64,000 nucleotides of DNA from Dehalococcoidia bacterium. GTDB lineage: Bacteria > Chloroflexota > Dehalococcoidia > Lucifugimonadales > JAAXIE01. The translations under genes were made by a program, and so were the position numbers. Shown here piece after piece: positions 49,268 through 57,607 of the stretch. Below the pieces are notes generated by a model, which saw only the letters and a list, made by a program, of their open reading frames with translations, was not told where the DNA came from and did not search any database. Location of the stretch: contig OZ240229.1 of the NCBI GenBank assembly GCA_965197805.1, positions 1,638,502 through 1,702,501 on the forward strand. The letters run 5' to 3'. How positions within the stretch are numbered: the first letter of the stretch is position 1; each line of letters opens with the position of its first letter.

Positions 49268-50700
49268 GGCCGAGTTTTGCCCCTGCCTCATACTGAGACG
49301 GTTGGTTGACATACAGCATGGCACGCTGTTATAGGTAGAGTATATGCAGCAGGTTGCAAAAATAAGCGGGGCCCTGAGCTGTGGGGCGTGGTTGCTGTGC
49401 AAGGGAGGCATAGTTTCGTTCTTGAGAGCGTCCGCATTCATCATGAGCTGCCTCTTTGTCATTGTATTCCCCATATGGTGGGAGACGACTGTTAGCCTTC
49501 AGCGAATGTATCGCGCCCACAGGTTTCTCCGGCAAGTTGACGCCGGCGTGGTTTCGAATCGAATTATTCCAACCTTTCACTCTTCTGCCTCACACCTCAT
49601 TCTCCCCACGGCCTCATTCCCTGTTGAAGAGACTCTTGTCAACGCTGTCGGTCTGACCAGCGTCGCGCGGCGTCTCCAGTAACTCCTCGTCAAAGCCATC
49701 CCCCCTACAACCCAGCTATTGGGGCTGGGTCAATAGTGGTTCGTTGAGGAGAAAGCATCAAGGGATGCAGGCTTTTCAAGGCTGAAGCCAACTGCGTGTT
49801 CAGTCTGATAGCCTTTGCCTTCTGGTAGGCGCAATTGGCTGTCTCTTCGAAATCCTGGTAGTTGTCCTTACTTCTCCTCTGTTTCTTGGTTGCCACTCCA
49901 CTGGCTGTCGTGGGCTGATCCTATGGGCTTTCCAAGGCAGCGGAAATGGTCCCAAGTGAATGTAAACGTTAGTGGTGACCCACGTTGTCTGAACCCGGTC
50001 AAGGACACTGTGCTGGGGTCGGAGTGGCTTTGAACGCACTTACTGTGGTCCGACCGCTATTGGGCCCGTGGGCCGGTCCTGTTTGTTTCGCCCCTCAGCG
50101 AGGCAGGTGAGGTAGGCGAGGGCTTACCTAGTCTGCTGGTACCTTGAGCGAAGCGAGAAAACATGGAGGACCAGCATGAGTAGTGACCAAACATGTATAA
50201 ACACGAACTCCGGCACGGGGTGGACCGCATGAAGTACTGCACAGGTCCCGTGAGTACGAACTGCTGGTGCGTCTGGCTGAGCTCGGTTGTCCTTATGTGC
50301 TGCCCATCAACGCCTTCGGTCAGTTGTGGAAGCGGTGGCTTGGGTGGCCTTGATTGTTGGCGTCAGACACTTAGTAGTTCGAGAGCGGCCTACCGCTCAA
50401 TGTACAGGCGAATTGGGAGGAAGTGAGCGGGAAGGGCCCGATGAAAGGGGCGCGAGCCGCCAGTTCAGGGAGAAATCAAGGTGGACATAAGTTGGGGGGC
50501 CTAAGGGATTTAACGGGACGCTGGGCGTAGATGGCCATATCTCTGACTAGGCAATCTTGTCGGGACCTTGGGTCTCGAGGTGAGCAAGAGAGGGGAGCCG
50601 AGTTGCTTGGCCCGTTTTGGCTTATATGCGGACCAGACTTAGGGTGCTATGCGGGAATTTGACCGTGGGGTGCGAATACTGTATGGGGAGTCACAGGCAA

Positions 50701-50970
50701 ATGGAGTTCGCTGTCCTACTTAAGAGAACGCGAGAGAATGCTGGGAAAAGTCGGTACAGTCTCGCGCGGTTTAGCGGGGTCGACGAAGCCTATATCCTGA
50801 GATTGGAATCAGGTGAACGGCAGAACCCGTCCAGAGATGTCGTCGTAAAATTGGCACTGGGTCTGGTTTCCGATTCTCGGTCAGTGACCCTTGATGACGT
50901 TAATAGTCTTCTTCTGGCCGCCAACTACGCCCCGTTGCTGAGTCGTGGTGAAACGTACTCTTGGAACTGA
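50701..50970 (+). CDS. XRE-family HTH regulator
   Basis: MEFAVLLKRTRENAGKSRYSLARFSGVDEAYILRLESGERQNPS. It is convergent with and adjacent to the integrase. Confidence 0.75.
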   Translation: MEFAVLLKRTRENAGKSRYSLARFSGVDEAYILRLESGERQNPSRDVVVKLALGLVSDSRSVTLDDVNSLLLAANYAPLLSRGETYSWN

Positions 50971-50987
50971 CCCCGGTCCCGCGGAGA

Positions 50988-52070
50988 TCATCGCTTCTTG
51001 GCGGGGTTCCCGTCTTTGGCTCCCCACCCTCGGGACCGTCCCGCATTGGGGTATATCCGACTCGACCAGTTGTCGCCATTGAAGCTATGCCGAAAGCGCC
51101 TAGGCGCTTGCATTCGGATGCGGTCCAGGGGAGAGAAGTCCTGGTTCACCTGAGAGGCCATCCGGTCGGCGATATGAACATATTTCTGGACCATGTCCAG
51201 GGTGGTGTGTCCGAGGTTCTGCTGCAACATGAAGACGTTGCCGCCGTTCAGGAGGAAACGGGTGGCGTAGGTGTGGCGCATCAGATGCGGGTGTAGTCTC
51301 GGGACCTTGGCGGCTTTGGAGACCCTCTGGGTTAGGGACCTGAGGGCAAGGGGCGACAGGCAATGACCGTCTATGGATAGGAAGAAGGTGTCGGCTACCT
51401 GTCCCTCGTTTTCGAATCGGTAGCGGGTAGCATAGTTGGTGAGAGCCCTCTGGCAGTTGGTGCCAAAGGCGACTACCCGCTCCTTGTCTCCCTTCCCTAG
51501 GGCCTTTATGTACCTCGCGTCCAGATGGACGTCAGCGTACTTCAGGGTGACGACCTCGGTGAGTCTCAGCCCGGTATCCAACATCAGGGAATATATGGCC
51601 GTGTTCCTTGCCCCCAGGACAGTGTCGACGTTCATGGTGGCGAATATCCGCTCAATCTCCTCGTCGGTCAGTATCTCTACCTCCTTTTGCCTCACCTTGG
51701 GCACCTTGAGGTTCTGCAACCTGTGGCACTCGGTGAAGCCCTGGCGATACATCCAGTTGAAGAAAGCCCGCAGAGCCCTGACCCGGTTGTTGAGGGTGTA
51801 GCTTGAAGTCTGCCCCCGCCAGCCCTTCCTCTCCTGGAGGTAGAGGATGAAGCTCCTGACCTCGTCCTCGCCCAAGTCGTCCACCTGCGTGGACATCCCC
51901 TCCCCTCTCAACCATCCTAGGAACAGGTCGAGGGCTTCGTTGTACCACTGCACGGTTCTGGGCGACTTGCCGTCGGACCTGTTGTGGACCTCGAAACGCT
52001 CCACCAGTTTGTCGAGTTCCAGATTTCCCGCGACCACCTTGCGGCTTGCCCTCTTCTTCATAGCAGCCAT
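50988..52070 (-). CDS. tyrosine recombinase / phage-type integrase
   Basis: The SAM-like N-domain reads TVQWYNEALDLFLGW. The catalytic region reads LDTGLRLTEV...LGKGDKERVV...HLMRHTYATRFL...LQQNLGHTTLDMVQKYVH, giving the R...H-x-x-R...Y pattern. The ATG is at 52070. Confidence 0.9.
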   Translation of the reverse strand: MAAMKKRASRKVVAGNLELDKLVERFEVHNRSDGKSPRTVQWYNEALDLFLGWLRGEGMSTQVDDLGEDEVRSFILYLQERKGWRGQTSSYTLNNRVRALRAFFNWMYRQGFTECHRLQNLKVPKVRQKEVEILTDEEIERIFATMNVDTVLGARNTAIYSLMLDTGLRLTEVVTLKYADVHLDARYIKALGKGDKERVVAFGTNCQRALTNYATRYRFENEGQVADTFFLSIDGHCLSPLALRSLTQRVSKAAKVPRLHPHLMRHTYATRFLLNGGNVFMLQQNLGHTTLDMVQKYVHIADRMASQVNQDFSPLDRIRMQAPRRFRHSFNGDNWSSRIYPNAGRSRGWGAKDGNPAKKR

Positions 52071-52228
52071 GTTACTCACTTGCCCCACTTTCGAGAATTG
52101 TCTGTCGGGCAAGCAGGAGGAGGGGCCGTGCACGACTCACCAGAAGAGGTAGGCAGCGAGTCGGATTGCCTCTTGAGTGAGGCGACCCTTTTCCTTAGGA
52201 AAGGAGTGAACCGAAGCTAGTTCGTAGC

Positions 52229-52308
52229 TGGAATGATGCCCTCAGTGACATTCAAACCCAAGATTTGCTACTTGGGAAGCAGATACTCTACCACTGAGTT
52301 ACACCCGC
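52229..52308 (-). tRNA. tRNA-Gly(CCC)-derived sequence; 5-prime ~59 nt canonical, 3-prime end does not fold
   Basis: The reverse complement is GCGGGTG-TA-ACTC-AGTGGTA-GAGT-A-TCTGC-TTCCCAA-GTAGC-AAATC-TTGGG-TTTGAAT, with a fully paired D stem. The following GTCACTGAGGGCA cannot pair with the T-stem or the acceptor. The integrase gene starts ~160 nt downstream. Confidence 0.45.
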
Positions 52309-52357
52309 ACCCTGCTATTTTGGGCCACGGTGCAAGCGTTGTAAAGACGGCTGGGAG

Positions 52358-53029
52358 CTACTCGCTCGTGGCTGGAGGTGGTGCGGCGTCGATTGTGAGC
52401 TCTTTCACAACGAATGCATCCGCTACCTCAAGGGCTATGCCGGCCCATCGTGGATCATCCACCAGTTTCCGTCCGACCCATCCTGGTGCCTCCAGCCATA
52501 GCCCGCCCGCGTTCACTTCACATTCAGTCCGATAGCAGACGGTCGAGTCTGTAGAAGTGGGGGCGAGTTCTACTCGGCTTTGGTCCTCAAACTGTGTAAT
52601 CGCCGCAACGGGGATCGGAACCAAATACGCGTTCGGCACCCTGATGGTGTTCTCTCCTACTTCATCATCCTCGTCGAGGATGCCATTGAACGAGGTGTAC
52701 CGCTCCCATCGGCCATTCTTAACACGTTGGTAGCTGCCAACGGGATCGATATCGCTAACACCCAGTGAATCCATCGCGTCGGAACCAATGGTCGTGTCCA
52801 TCCAGTCTGACCGCGATGCGTAGTTGAGTCGATGGATTTCCTTGACGGTCCGACCGTTCCAAGTCAGGCCGTCAACTTCGTAGACCATCGTGAGGGGCGG
52901 CCACTCATTCTTGCCGGAGCTGGCGGCATCTCGGGAGCTGACGTAAATGACGCAGCCTAGGACGGCACCGAATAATACCGAGATCGCGCCGATGGCGATT
53001 ATACGGTTGGTTGTAACGTAGTGTGGCAC
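52358..53029 (-). CDS. membrane-anchored hypothetical protein (paralog A)
   Basis: It has an N-terminal TM helix then WPPLTMVYEVDG...EIHRLNYASRSDWMDT...YRTECE. It is colinear with the neighbouring paralog. Confidence 0.6.
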   Translation of the reverse strand: MPHYVTTNRIIAIGAISVLFGAVLGCVIYVSSRDAASSGKNEWPPLTMVYEVDGLTWNGRTVKEIHRLNYASRSDWMDTTIGSDAMDSLGVSDIDPVGSYQRVKNGRWERYTSFNGILDEDDEVGENTIRVPNAYLVPIPVAAITQFEDQSRVELAPTSTDSTVCYRTECEVNAGGLWLEAPGWVGRKLVDDPRWAGIALEVADAFVVKELTIDAAPPPATSE

Positions 53030-53038
53030 GATGGAGCG

Positions 53039-53716
53039 TTATTCCGTGGCTGGTGGCCCAGCATCGATCTCCAGGCTGCGCACCACCCATCTCTCTCCCA
53101 CCTTGAGCAGGATGCCCCACCGAGGATCATCCAACAGAATCTTCTCCAAGGGGCTCCGACCCATGTTGAAGGCACGTCCGATCAGGGATCGGCCGACCGC
53201 ATTGTCTTCGCATTCCGTACGATAGCAGACCGTTGCAATTGTGGATGCATCCACTATTTCCGTCTCATCTCCCTCCACCAACGTCGGCATTATGTGCGGA
53301 GGGGCTTTTGGTTGGATGAACCCATTGGGGACCCTGATGGTGTTCTCGCCTAGCTCTTCCACACTGGTTATATCATCGAACACGTCGTACTCCTCGTATC
53401 GAGTGCCCTTTACACGTTGATAACCCCCAATCGTAAGGTCTCCGCCCACGCCCCGGGTTTGGACCACGTCGGATTCAATCACGGTGTCCTTCCAGTCCCG
53501 CCAAGACCGGTATTCAAACCGATGGACCTCTCTAGTTGTCGTCTGGTTGAACGTTGGGCCGGGAAACTCGTAGACCATCGTCAGGGGAGGCCAGTCGTAG
53601 GGCCTGCTCTTGGAGGCATTGGAGAATAGGAGGAAGGCAATGGCGCCTAATGAGCCGAGGAGCGCCAAAATCACGACGATAGTGAGCAGACGATGGCTTG
53701 CGACGTAGTGGAGCAT
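53039..53716 (-). CDS. membrane-anchored hypothetical protein (paralog B)
   Basis: The architecture and motifs are the same (WPPLTMVYEFPG...EVHRFEYRSWRDWKDT...YRTECE). Confidence 0.6.
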   Translation of the reverse strand: MLHYVASHRLLTIVVILALLGSLGAIAFLLFSNASKSRPYDWPPLTMVYEFPGPTFNQTTTREVHRFEYRSWRDWKDTVIESDVVQTRGVGGDLTIGGYQRVKGTRYEEYDVFDDITSVEELGENTIRVPNGFIQPKAPPHIMPTLVEGDETEIVDASTIATVCYRTECEDNAVGRSLIGRAFNMGRSPLEKILLDDPRWGILLKVGERWVVRSLEIDAGPPATE

Positions 53717-53837
53717 TGCCTGCCTCCCGCGACTCCCGCCTATCGTACCCGCTGGCGGGGCTATCTTTGACCCCTAATCCGCACTCTACTATAATGCGCT
53801 GGCCCTAATACCCACCCTTTTGCGAAAGGAAGGCCGA

Positions 53838-54338
53838 ATGCAAGAGGCAGTCCTGCATCCTGCAGCCATCCTGTCTGAGCTTAAGAAGAACAAAATCACC
53901 CATGTGGTCTGGCTGCCCGACAGCGAGACCAACTTCATGTATCACCAGCTTACCGCCGACCCCGATGTCGACCTCATACCCGTCTGTCGTGAGGGCGAGA
54001 CGATGGCGGTAGCCGCTGGGCTGTGGCTGGGCGGCGCCAAGCCGGTCGTGCTCATCCAGAACACCGGCGTGTTTGAGTCGGGCGACTCCATCCGAGGGCT
54101 GGGTGTCGACGTCAACCAGCCGCTAGTGATGCTGGTGGGCTACCGGGGCTGGGACCGCCACGGCGTAACCCGCGACTCGGCTGCCAAGTTCATTGAGCAT
54201 ATCCTCTATGCTTGGGGTATCAACTACTACCTGGTGGAGACCGACGAAGACGCCACCCGCATCAGCGAGGCCATGGACGAGGCGGAGCGTACCAAGAAGC
54301 CCGTGGCGGTGCTGGTGGGCACCGAATTTGGTTCCTAA
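53838..54338 (+). CDS. TPP-dependent decarboxylase, alpha (PYR-domain) subunit; sulfopyruvate/phosphonopyruvate decarboxylase-like
   Basis: It reads VVWLPDSETNFMY...IPVCREGETMAVAAGLWLGGAKPVVLIQNTGVFESGDSI...VGYRGW. The ATG at 53838 follows AAGGAAGG. Confidence 0.8.
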   Translation: MQEAVLHPAAILSELKKNKITHVVWLPDSETNFMYHQLTADPDVDLIPVCREGETMAVAAGLWLGGAKPVVLIQNTGVFESGDSIRGLGVDVNQPLVMLVGYRGWDRHGVTRDSAAKFIEHILYAWGINYYLVETDEDATRISEAMDEAERTKKPVAVLVGTEFGS

Positions 54339-54359
54339 GACCGAGAGGAGACTTCAGAT

Positions 54360-54947
54360 ATGATCACCAACTTTGACGCCTGTCGCATTGTGGAAGAGCA
54401 CCGGAACGAGGCGGTTGTCATCACTTCCATGAACGCTGGCAACTGGAGATTCGGCTGGCCCGCGGTGAGCCACAAGGAAGAGTTGGACCTGCCCGTCTCC
54501 GGTGCCATGGGTAAGGCATCCTCGGTCGGCTTGGGCTTGGCCTTAGCCCACCCCGAACGCAAGGTAATCGTGCTGGATGGCGATGGCAGCCTGCTGATGA
54601 ACCTCGGCACCTTGGTGACCATCGCCAACAAGTCACCTGAGAACCTCTACCACTTCGTGTTCGAGAATGGCGTCTACGCGGTAACGGGTGGCCAGCCCAT
54701 ACCCGGCAACAACAACATCAGCTTCCAGAACATGGCCAAGGACGCCGGTTATGCTGTCGCCTACGAGATTGCCGATACGGAGGAGCTGGCCACCAGCGTG
54801 GGCCGTATTTTGGAGGAGAAGGGCCCCGTTTTGGTTTGCCTCAAGGTGGAGCCGGAAATTGAGAACACCCCTGTGCAGTTCAGGCAGCGCCCCCGTCGCA
54901 ACATCTATACCGCCATGGAAGAGCTGCCCAAGGCCTTGAGTCAGTAG
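54360..54947 (+). CDS. TPP-dependent decarboxylase, beta (PP-domain) subunit
   Basis: GAMGKASSVGLGLALAHPERKVIVLDGDGSLLMNLGTLVTIA contains the GDG(X)n TPP-Mg binding motif. Confidence 0.8.
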   Translation: MITNFDACRIVEEHRNEAVVITSMNAGNWRFGWPAVSHKEELDLPVSGAMGKASSVGLGLALAHPERKVIVLDGDGSLLMNLGTLVTIANKSPENLYHFVFENGVYAVTGGQPIPGNNNISFQNMAKDAGYAVAYEIADTEELATSVGRILEEKGPVLVCLKVEPEIENTPVQFRQRPRRNIYTAMEELPKALSQ

Positions 54948-55036
54948 CATCCCTGACCCCCCTCACCATCTCCGACACCCAGAGGGAGAAGGGACTACTT
55001 AAGGGTCTCGATTGAGTCTGCTCAACGCGGTGCGAT

Positions 55037-55219
55037 GTGTTTAAGGGCCTTGCGGCCGGTCTGATAGGCCGAGCCATTGGCTTGGCGCTTTTCGGTGTAG
55101 GCTTCTGGGCATTGGCCAAGGGCTTCATCGACTCCGATGTCCCCATCGCCTTCTTGGGCGGCGCCCTGATGCTGGGAGGCATGTGGGCCATGGCTCACTT
55201 CCGCCGTATGCAAGCCTAG
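55037..55219 (+). CDS. 60-aa two-helix membrane protein
   Basis: MFKGLAAGLIGRAIGLALFGVGFWALAKGF...IAFLGGALMLGGMWAMAHF. It sits between the two beta-type genes. Confidence 0.45.
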   Translation: MFKGLAAGLIGRAIGLALFGVGFWALAKGFIDSDVPIAFLGGALMLGGMWAMAHFRRMQA

Positions 55220-55234
55220 GGCAGGGTAGGAGCC

Positions 55235-55801
55235 ATGATACCCGCACGAGAAGCCTTGCAAGCCATAGCCAACCGTCGCGGAGATGCCGTCGCCGTTGCA
55301 ACCACTACTCCTCTACGCTTGTGGGGAGAGCTTTCGCAGCGTCGTGACCTCGATGCCGACTTATCAGACTGCATGGACAAAGCTTCGTCCGTCGGATTGG
55401 GATTGGCCCTAGCTCAGCCCGACCGACAGGTCATGGTCTTGGACAGCGATACCGCGCTGCGCTCCAATCTCGCAGGGCTGGCCACAGTGGGAGGAGCGGC
55501 GCCTGCCAACATGGTGCACTTCGTCTTGGAAGACAAGACCCGTCTACCCACTGACGGGATGCCCATCGGCCCTCTGGACAAGCTGGACTACAAGGCGCTG
55601 GCGCAAGATTCTGGCTACAAACGAGTCTTCAGCTTCGACAACCTAGAGGAGTTGGTGCTGACCTTGGAAGAGGTGCTGGAAGGGCCGGGCCCCACGTTCG
55701 TCTCCTTACAAGTCGCCTACAACGAGGAGTCCCTGCCTGAATACCCGTCGAGGCGCATGAGGGAGTCGATGGCAGAGGTGCGGCGTACACTGGCGGGGTA
55801 G
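55235..55801 (+). CDS. second beta-type TPP-fold paralog with a degenerate cofactor motif
   Basis: DCMDKASSVGLGLALAQPDRQVMVLDSDTALRSNLAGLATVG is colinear with the beta subunit, but GAMG is replaced by DCMD and GDGS by SDTA. Confidence 0.65.
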   Translation: MIPAREALQAIANRRGDAVAVATTTPLRLWGELSQRRDLDADLSDCMDKASSVGLGLALAQPDRQVMVLDSDTALRSNLAGLATVGGAAPANMVHFVLEDKTRLPTDGMPIGPLDKLDYKALAQDSGYKRVFSFDNLEELVLTLEEVLEGPGPTFVSLQVAYNEESLPEYPSRRMRESMAEVRRTLAG

Positions 55802-55889
55802 CCGGGTGGGTTGACTGGATTGTTCGCCTACTACGCTCTCTCCACATCTAATTGCAGCGATGGTTTGGGGCGCCAGGCGGGTTTGGTTC

Positions 55890-56369
55890 TTAGATACACC
55901 CTGCGTCTTCCAGAATCTGGCGGGTCTCCGGAGACAGGTCTCGTTCTGCCTGTGCGTGGTCCTCTTCCAGTTCCTCCATCCGCTCCCCTAAAGCATCCAT
56001 CCCATCCTGTGCCTCTCCCATCTGCGCCATAAGTTCCAGCAATCTCTCTTGGTCGTCGTTTTGCTGCGCTTCTTCAAACTCCTGCAGGAGGTCCGAAAGT
56101 CCCGTATCCTTTAACGCCTTGATTCCGGCTTCGGCTCCTTCAATCTGTAACTCGTGGAGTCGTTGCAGTTCCTCAGGGGGATTCCATTTCTTGGCCTCAG
56201 CCAGCGCATCCTGGAGTGCAGCACCTGGGGACAAGGACTCAGACCGAAACTTGTCCCCCAAGCCCCCGCAAGCGGTCGCGTACTCTTGGACTGTCATTCG
56301 TTGGCCGCCACCACATGCGACGAGTGCAATCAGGGTCACCAGAACCAACACCGTGGATATTCTGGGCAT
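55890..56369 (-). CDS. acidic helical lipoprotein
   Basis: ATG at 56369 gives MPRISTVLVLVTLIALVACGGG, a lipobox. The rest is E/Q/L-rich helices. The ORF-track extension to 56480 covers a decayed PaREP1/HEPN-like fragment. Confidence 0.7.
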   Translation of the reverse strand: MPRISTVLVLVTLIALVACGGGQRMTVQEYATACGGLGDKFRSESLSPGAALQDALAEAKKWNPPEELQRLHELQIEGAEAGIKALKDTGLSDLLQEFEEAQQNDDQERLLELMAQMGEAQDGMDALGERMEELEEDHAQAERDLSPETRQILEDAGCI

Positions 56370-56399
56370 CGTGTACTCCTTTATTGGTTGGCTCTCAGA

Positions 56400-56760
56400 T
56401 CTTTGGTGAAGGTAAAGACCGTGGAGCTGGCCTTGGCTCGAGAGATAGCGGCCTACCAAAGGCTTCACCGAAAGGCTCAAGCGAAAGGCTTGAACGCAGG
56501 GCTCTATAGGCAGCCAACCTCCCTCAGGGCCTCAGATACTTCCGGTGAAAGTTCATTTTCAGCTTCTAGGACAGCTGCTTCCAGCGGGGCCATTGAGGCC
56601 TCCATCTCGACCATTTGCACGACGCCTATCTCCTAGGCATTGCTGATGTTGCGGGGGGGGGTGAGCCGTTCCATAGCTGCGGCGTACATAGTGCGAGCAC
56701 CCGCGAATATGCGCACTGCGTCGTCCGTGATGACAAGCGATACCTTCTGTGGGGCGCAGG
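56400..56760 (-). pseudogene. decayed pieces of the PaREP1/HEPN-like gene and of a lipoprotein paralog
   Basis: VKPLVGRYLSSQGQLHGL is at 56410-56475. ...ELSPEVSEALREVGCL-stop (compare the lipoprotein end DLSPETRQILEDAGCI) is at ~56500-56640. ITDDAVRIFAGARTMYAAAMERL is at ~56660-56735, interrupted at a G9 tract (56653-56661). Confidence 0.5.
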
Positions 56761-56779
56761 GACGGTTCTCCGATCCCTC

Positions 56780-57163
56780 CTACGCGTCGGCCAACCGCTC
56801 GGCGTCCTGAATGTAATCGATTGTCTCGCGTATTCGCCTCTCGGTTTCGGACAAAGGTTCGCACCAACCATAGTAGAAGCAAAGGCCGTGGAGCTGGCCT
56901 TGCCTCGAAAAATAGCGGCCTACCAAAGGCTTCACCGCCGTGTCTTGGGATGCTAGCGTGTCCAGTCCCCTAGTGGTATCGGGCGATTTCTCCGGCTCCA
57001 CACCAGTCCGGGCGAGTATGAGAGCGTCGGTGGCCCGTCTGGTCGCACACCACGCCTTCTCCGAAGCATCGCGTATGTCGTCGTCGGCAAGACGCTCCAA
57101 GGCCGCGGCGTACATCTCACGGGCATCGGCGAAGATGCGGGCTGAATCGGCGGTGATGGTCAA
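56780..57163 (-). CDS. PaREP1/HEPN-like four-helix protein, copy 2
   Basis: 127 aa: ...DIRDASEKAWCATRRATDALILARTG...VGRYFSRQGQLHGLCFY, containing an R-x4-H motif. It is near-identical in layout to copy 1. Confidence 0.6.
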   Translation of the reverse strand: MTITADSARIFADAREMYAAALERLADDDIRDASEKAWCATRRATDALILARTGVEPEKSPDTTRGLDTLASQDTAVKPLVGRYFSRQGQLHGLCFYYGWCEPLSETERRIRETIDYIQDAERLADA

Positions 57164-57207
57164 AGCAGAGGCTCCTTTGGTTCCGAGAGACGGTTCTTCG
57201 ATCCTTC

Positions 57208-57591
57208 CTACGCGTCGGCCAACCGCTCGGCGTCCTGAATGTAATCAATGGTCTCGCGGATTCGCCGTTCAGTGGTCGGGAGGGGGTCGCACAGCCCGGT
57301 ATAGAAACAATCACCGTGGAGTTGGCTTTGTCTTGAGTAGTAGCGGCCTACCAGAATCTTCACGTTGGGGTCTCGTTCTGCGAGGCTGTCCAACGCGCGG
57401 GTGGTGTCGGGCGACTTGGGAGGCTCCACGCCGGTACGGGCGACGATCAGCGCGTCGGTGGCTCGCTTAGCGGCGCACCAAGCCTTTTCCGATGCGTCAC
57501 GTATGTCGTCTGCAGCAAGACATTTCATTGCTGCGGTATACATCGCGCGGGCATCGCCGAATATGCGCTCAGCGTCGGCCGTGATGGTCAT
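57208..57591 (-). CDS. PaREP1/HEPN-like four-helix protein, copy 1
   Basis: ATG at 57591 gives MTITADAERIFGDARAMYTAAMKCL...SEKAWCAAKRATDALIVARTG...VGRYYSRQSQLHGDCFY. It starts 16 nt after the monooxygenase stop. Confidence 0.6.
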   Translation of the reverse strand: MTITADAERIFGDARAMYTAAMKCLAADDIRDASEKAWCAAKRATDALIVARTGVEPPKSPDTTRALDSLAERDPNVKILVGRYYSRQSQLHGDCFYTGLCDPLPTTERRIRETIDYIQDAERLADA

Positions 57592-57607
57592 CCACGTCGC
57601 TACTGCC

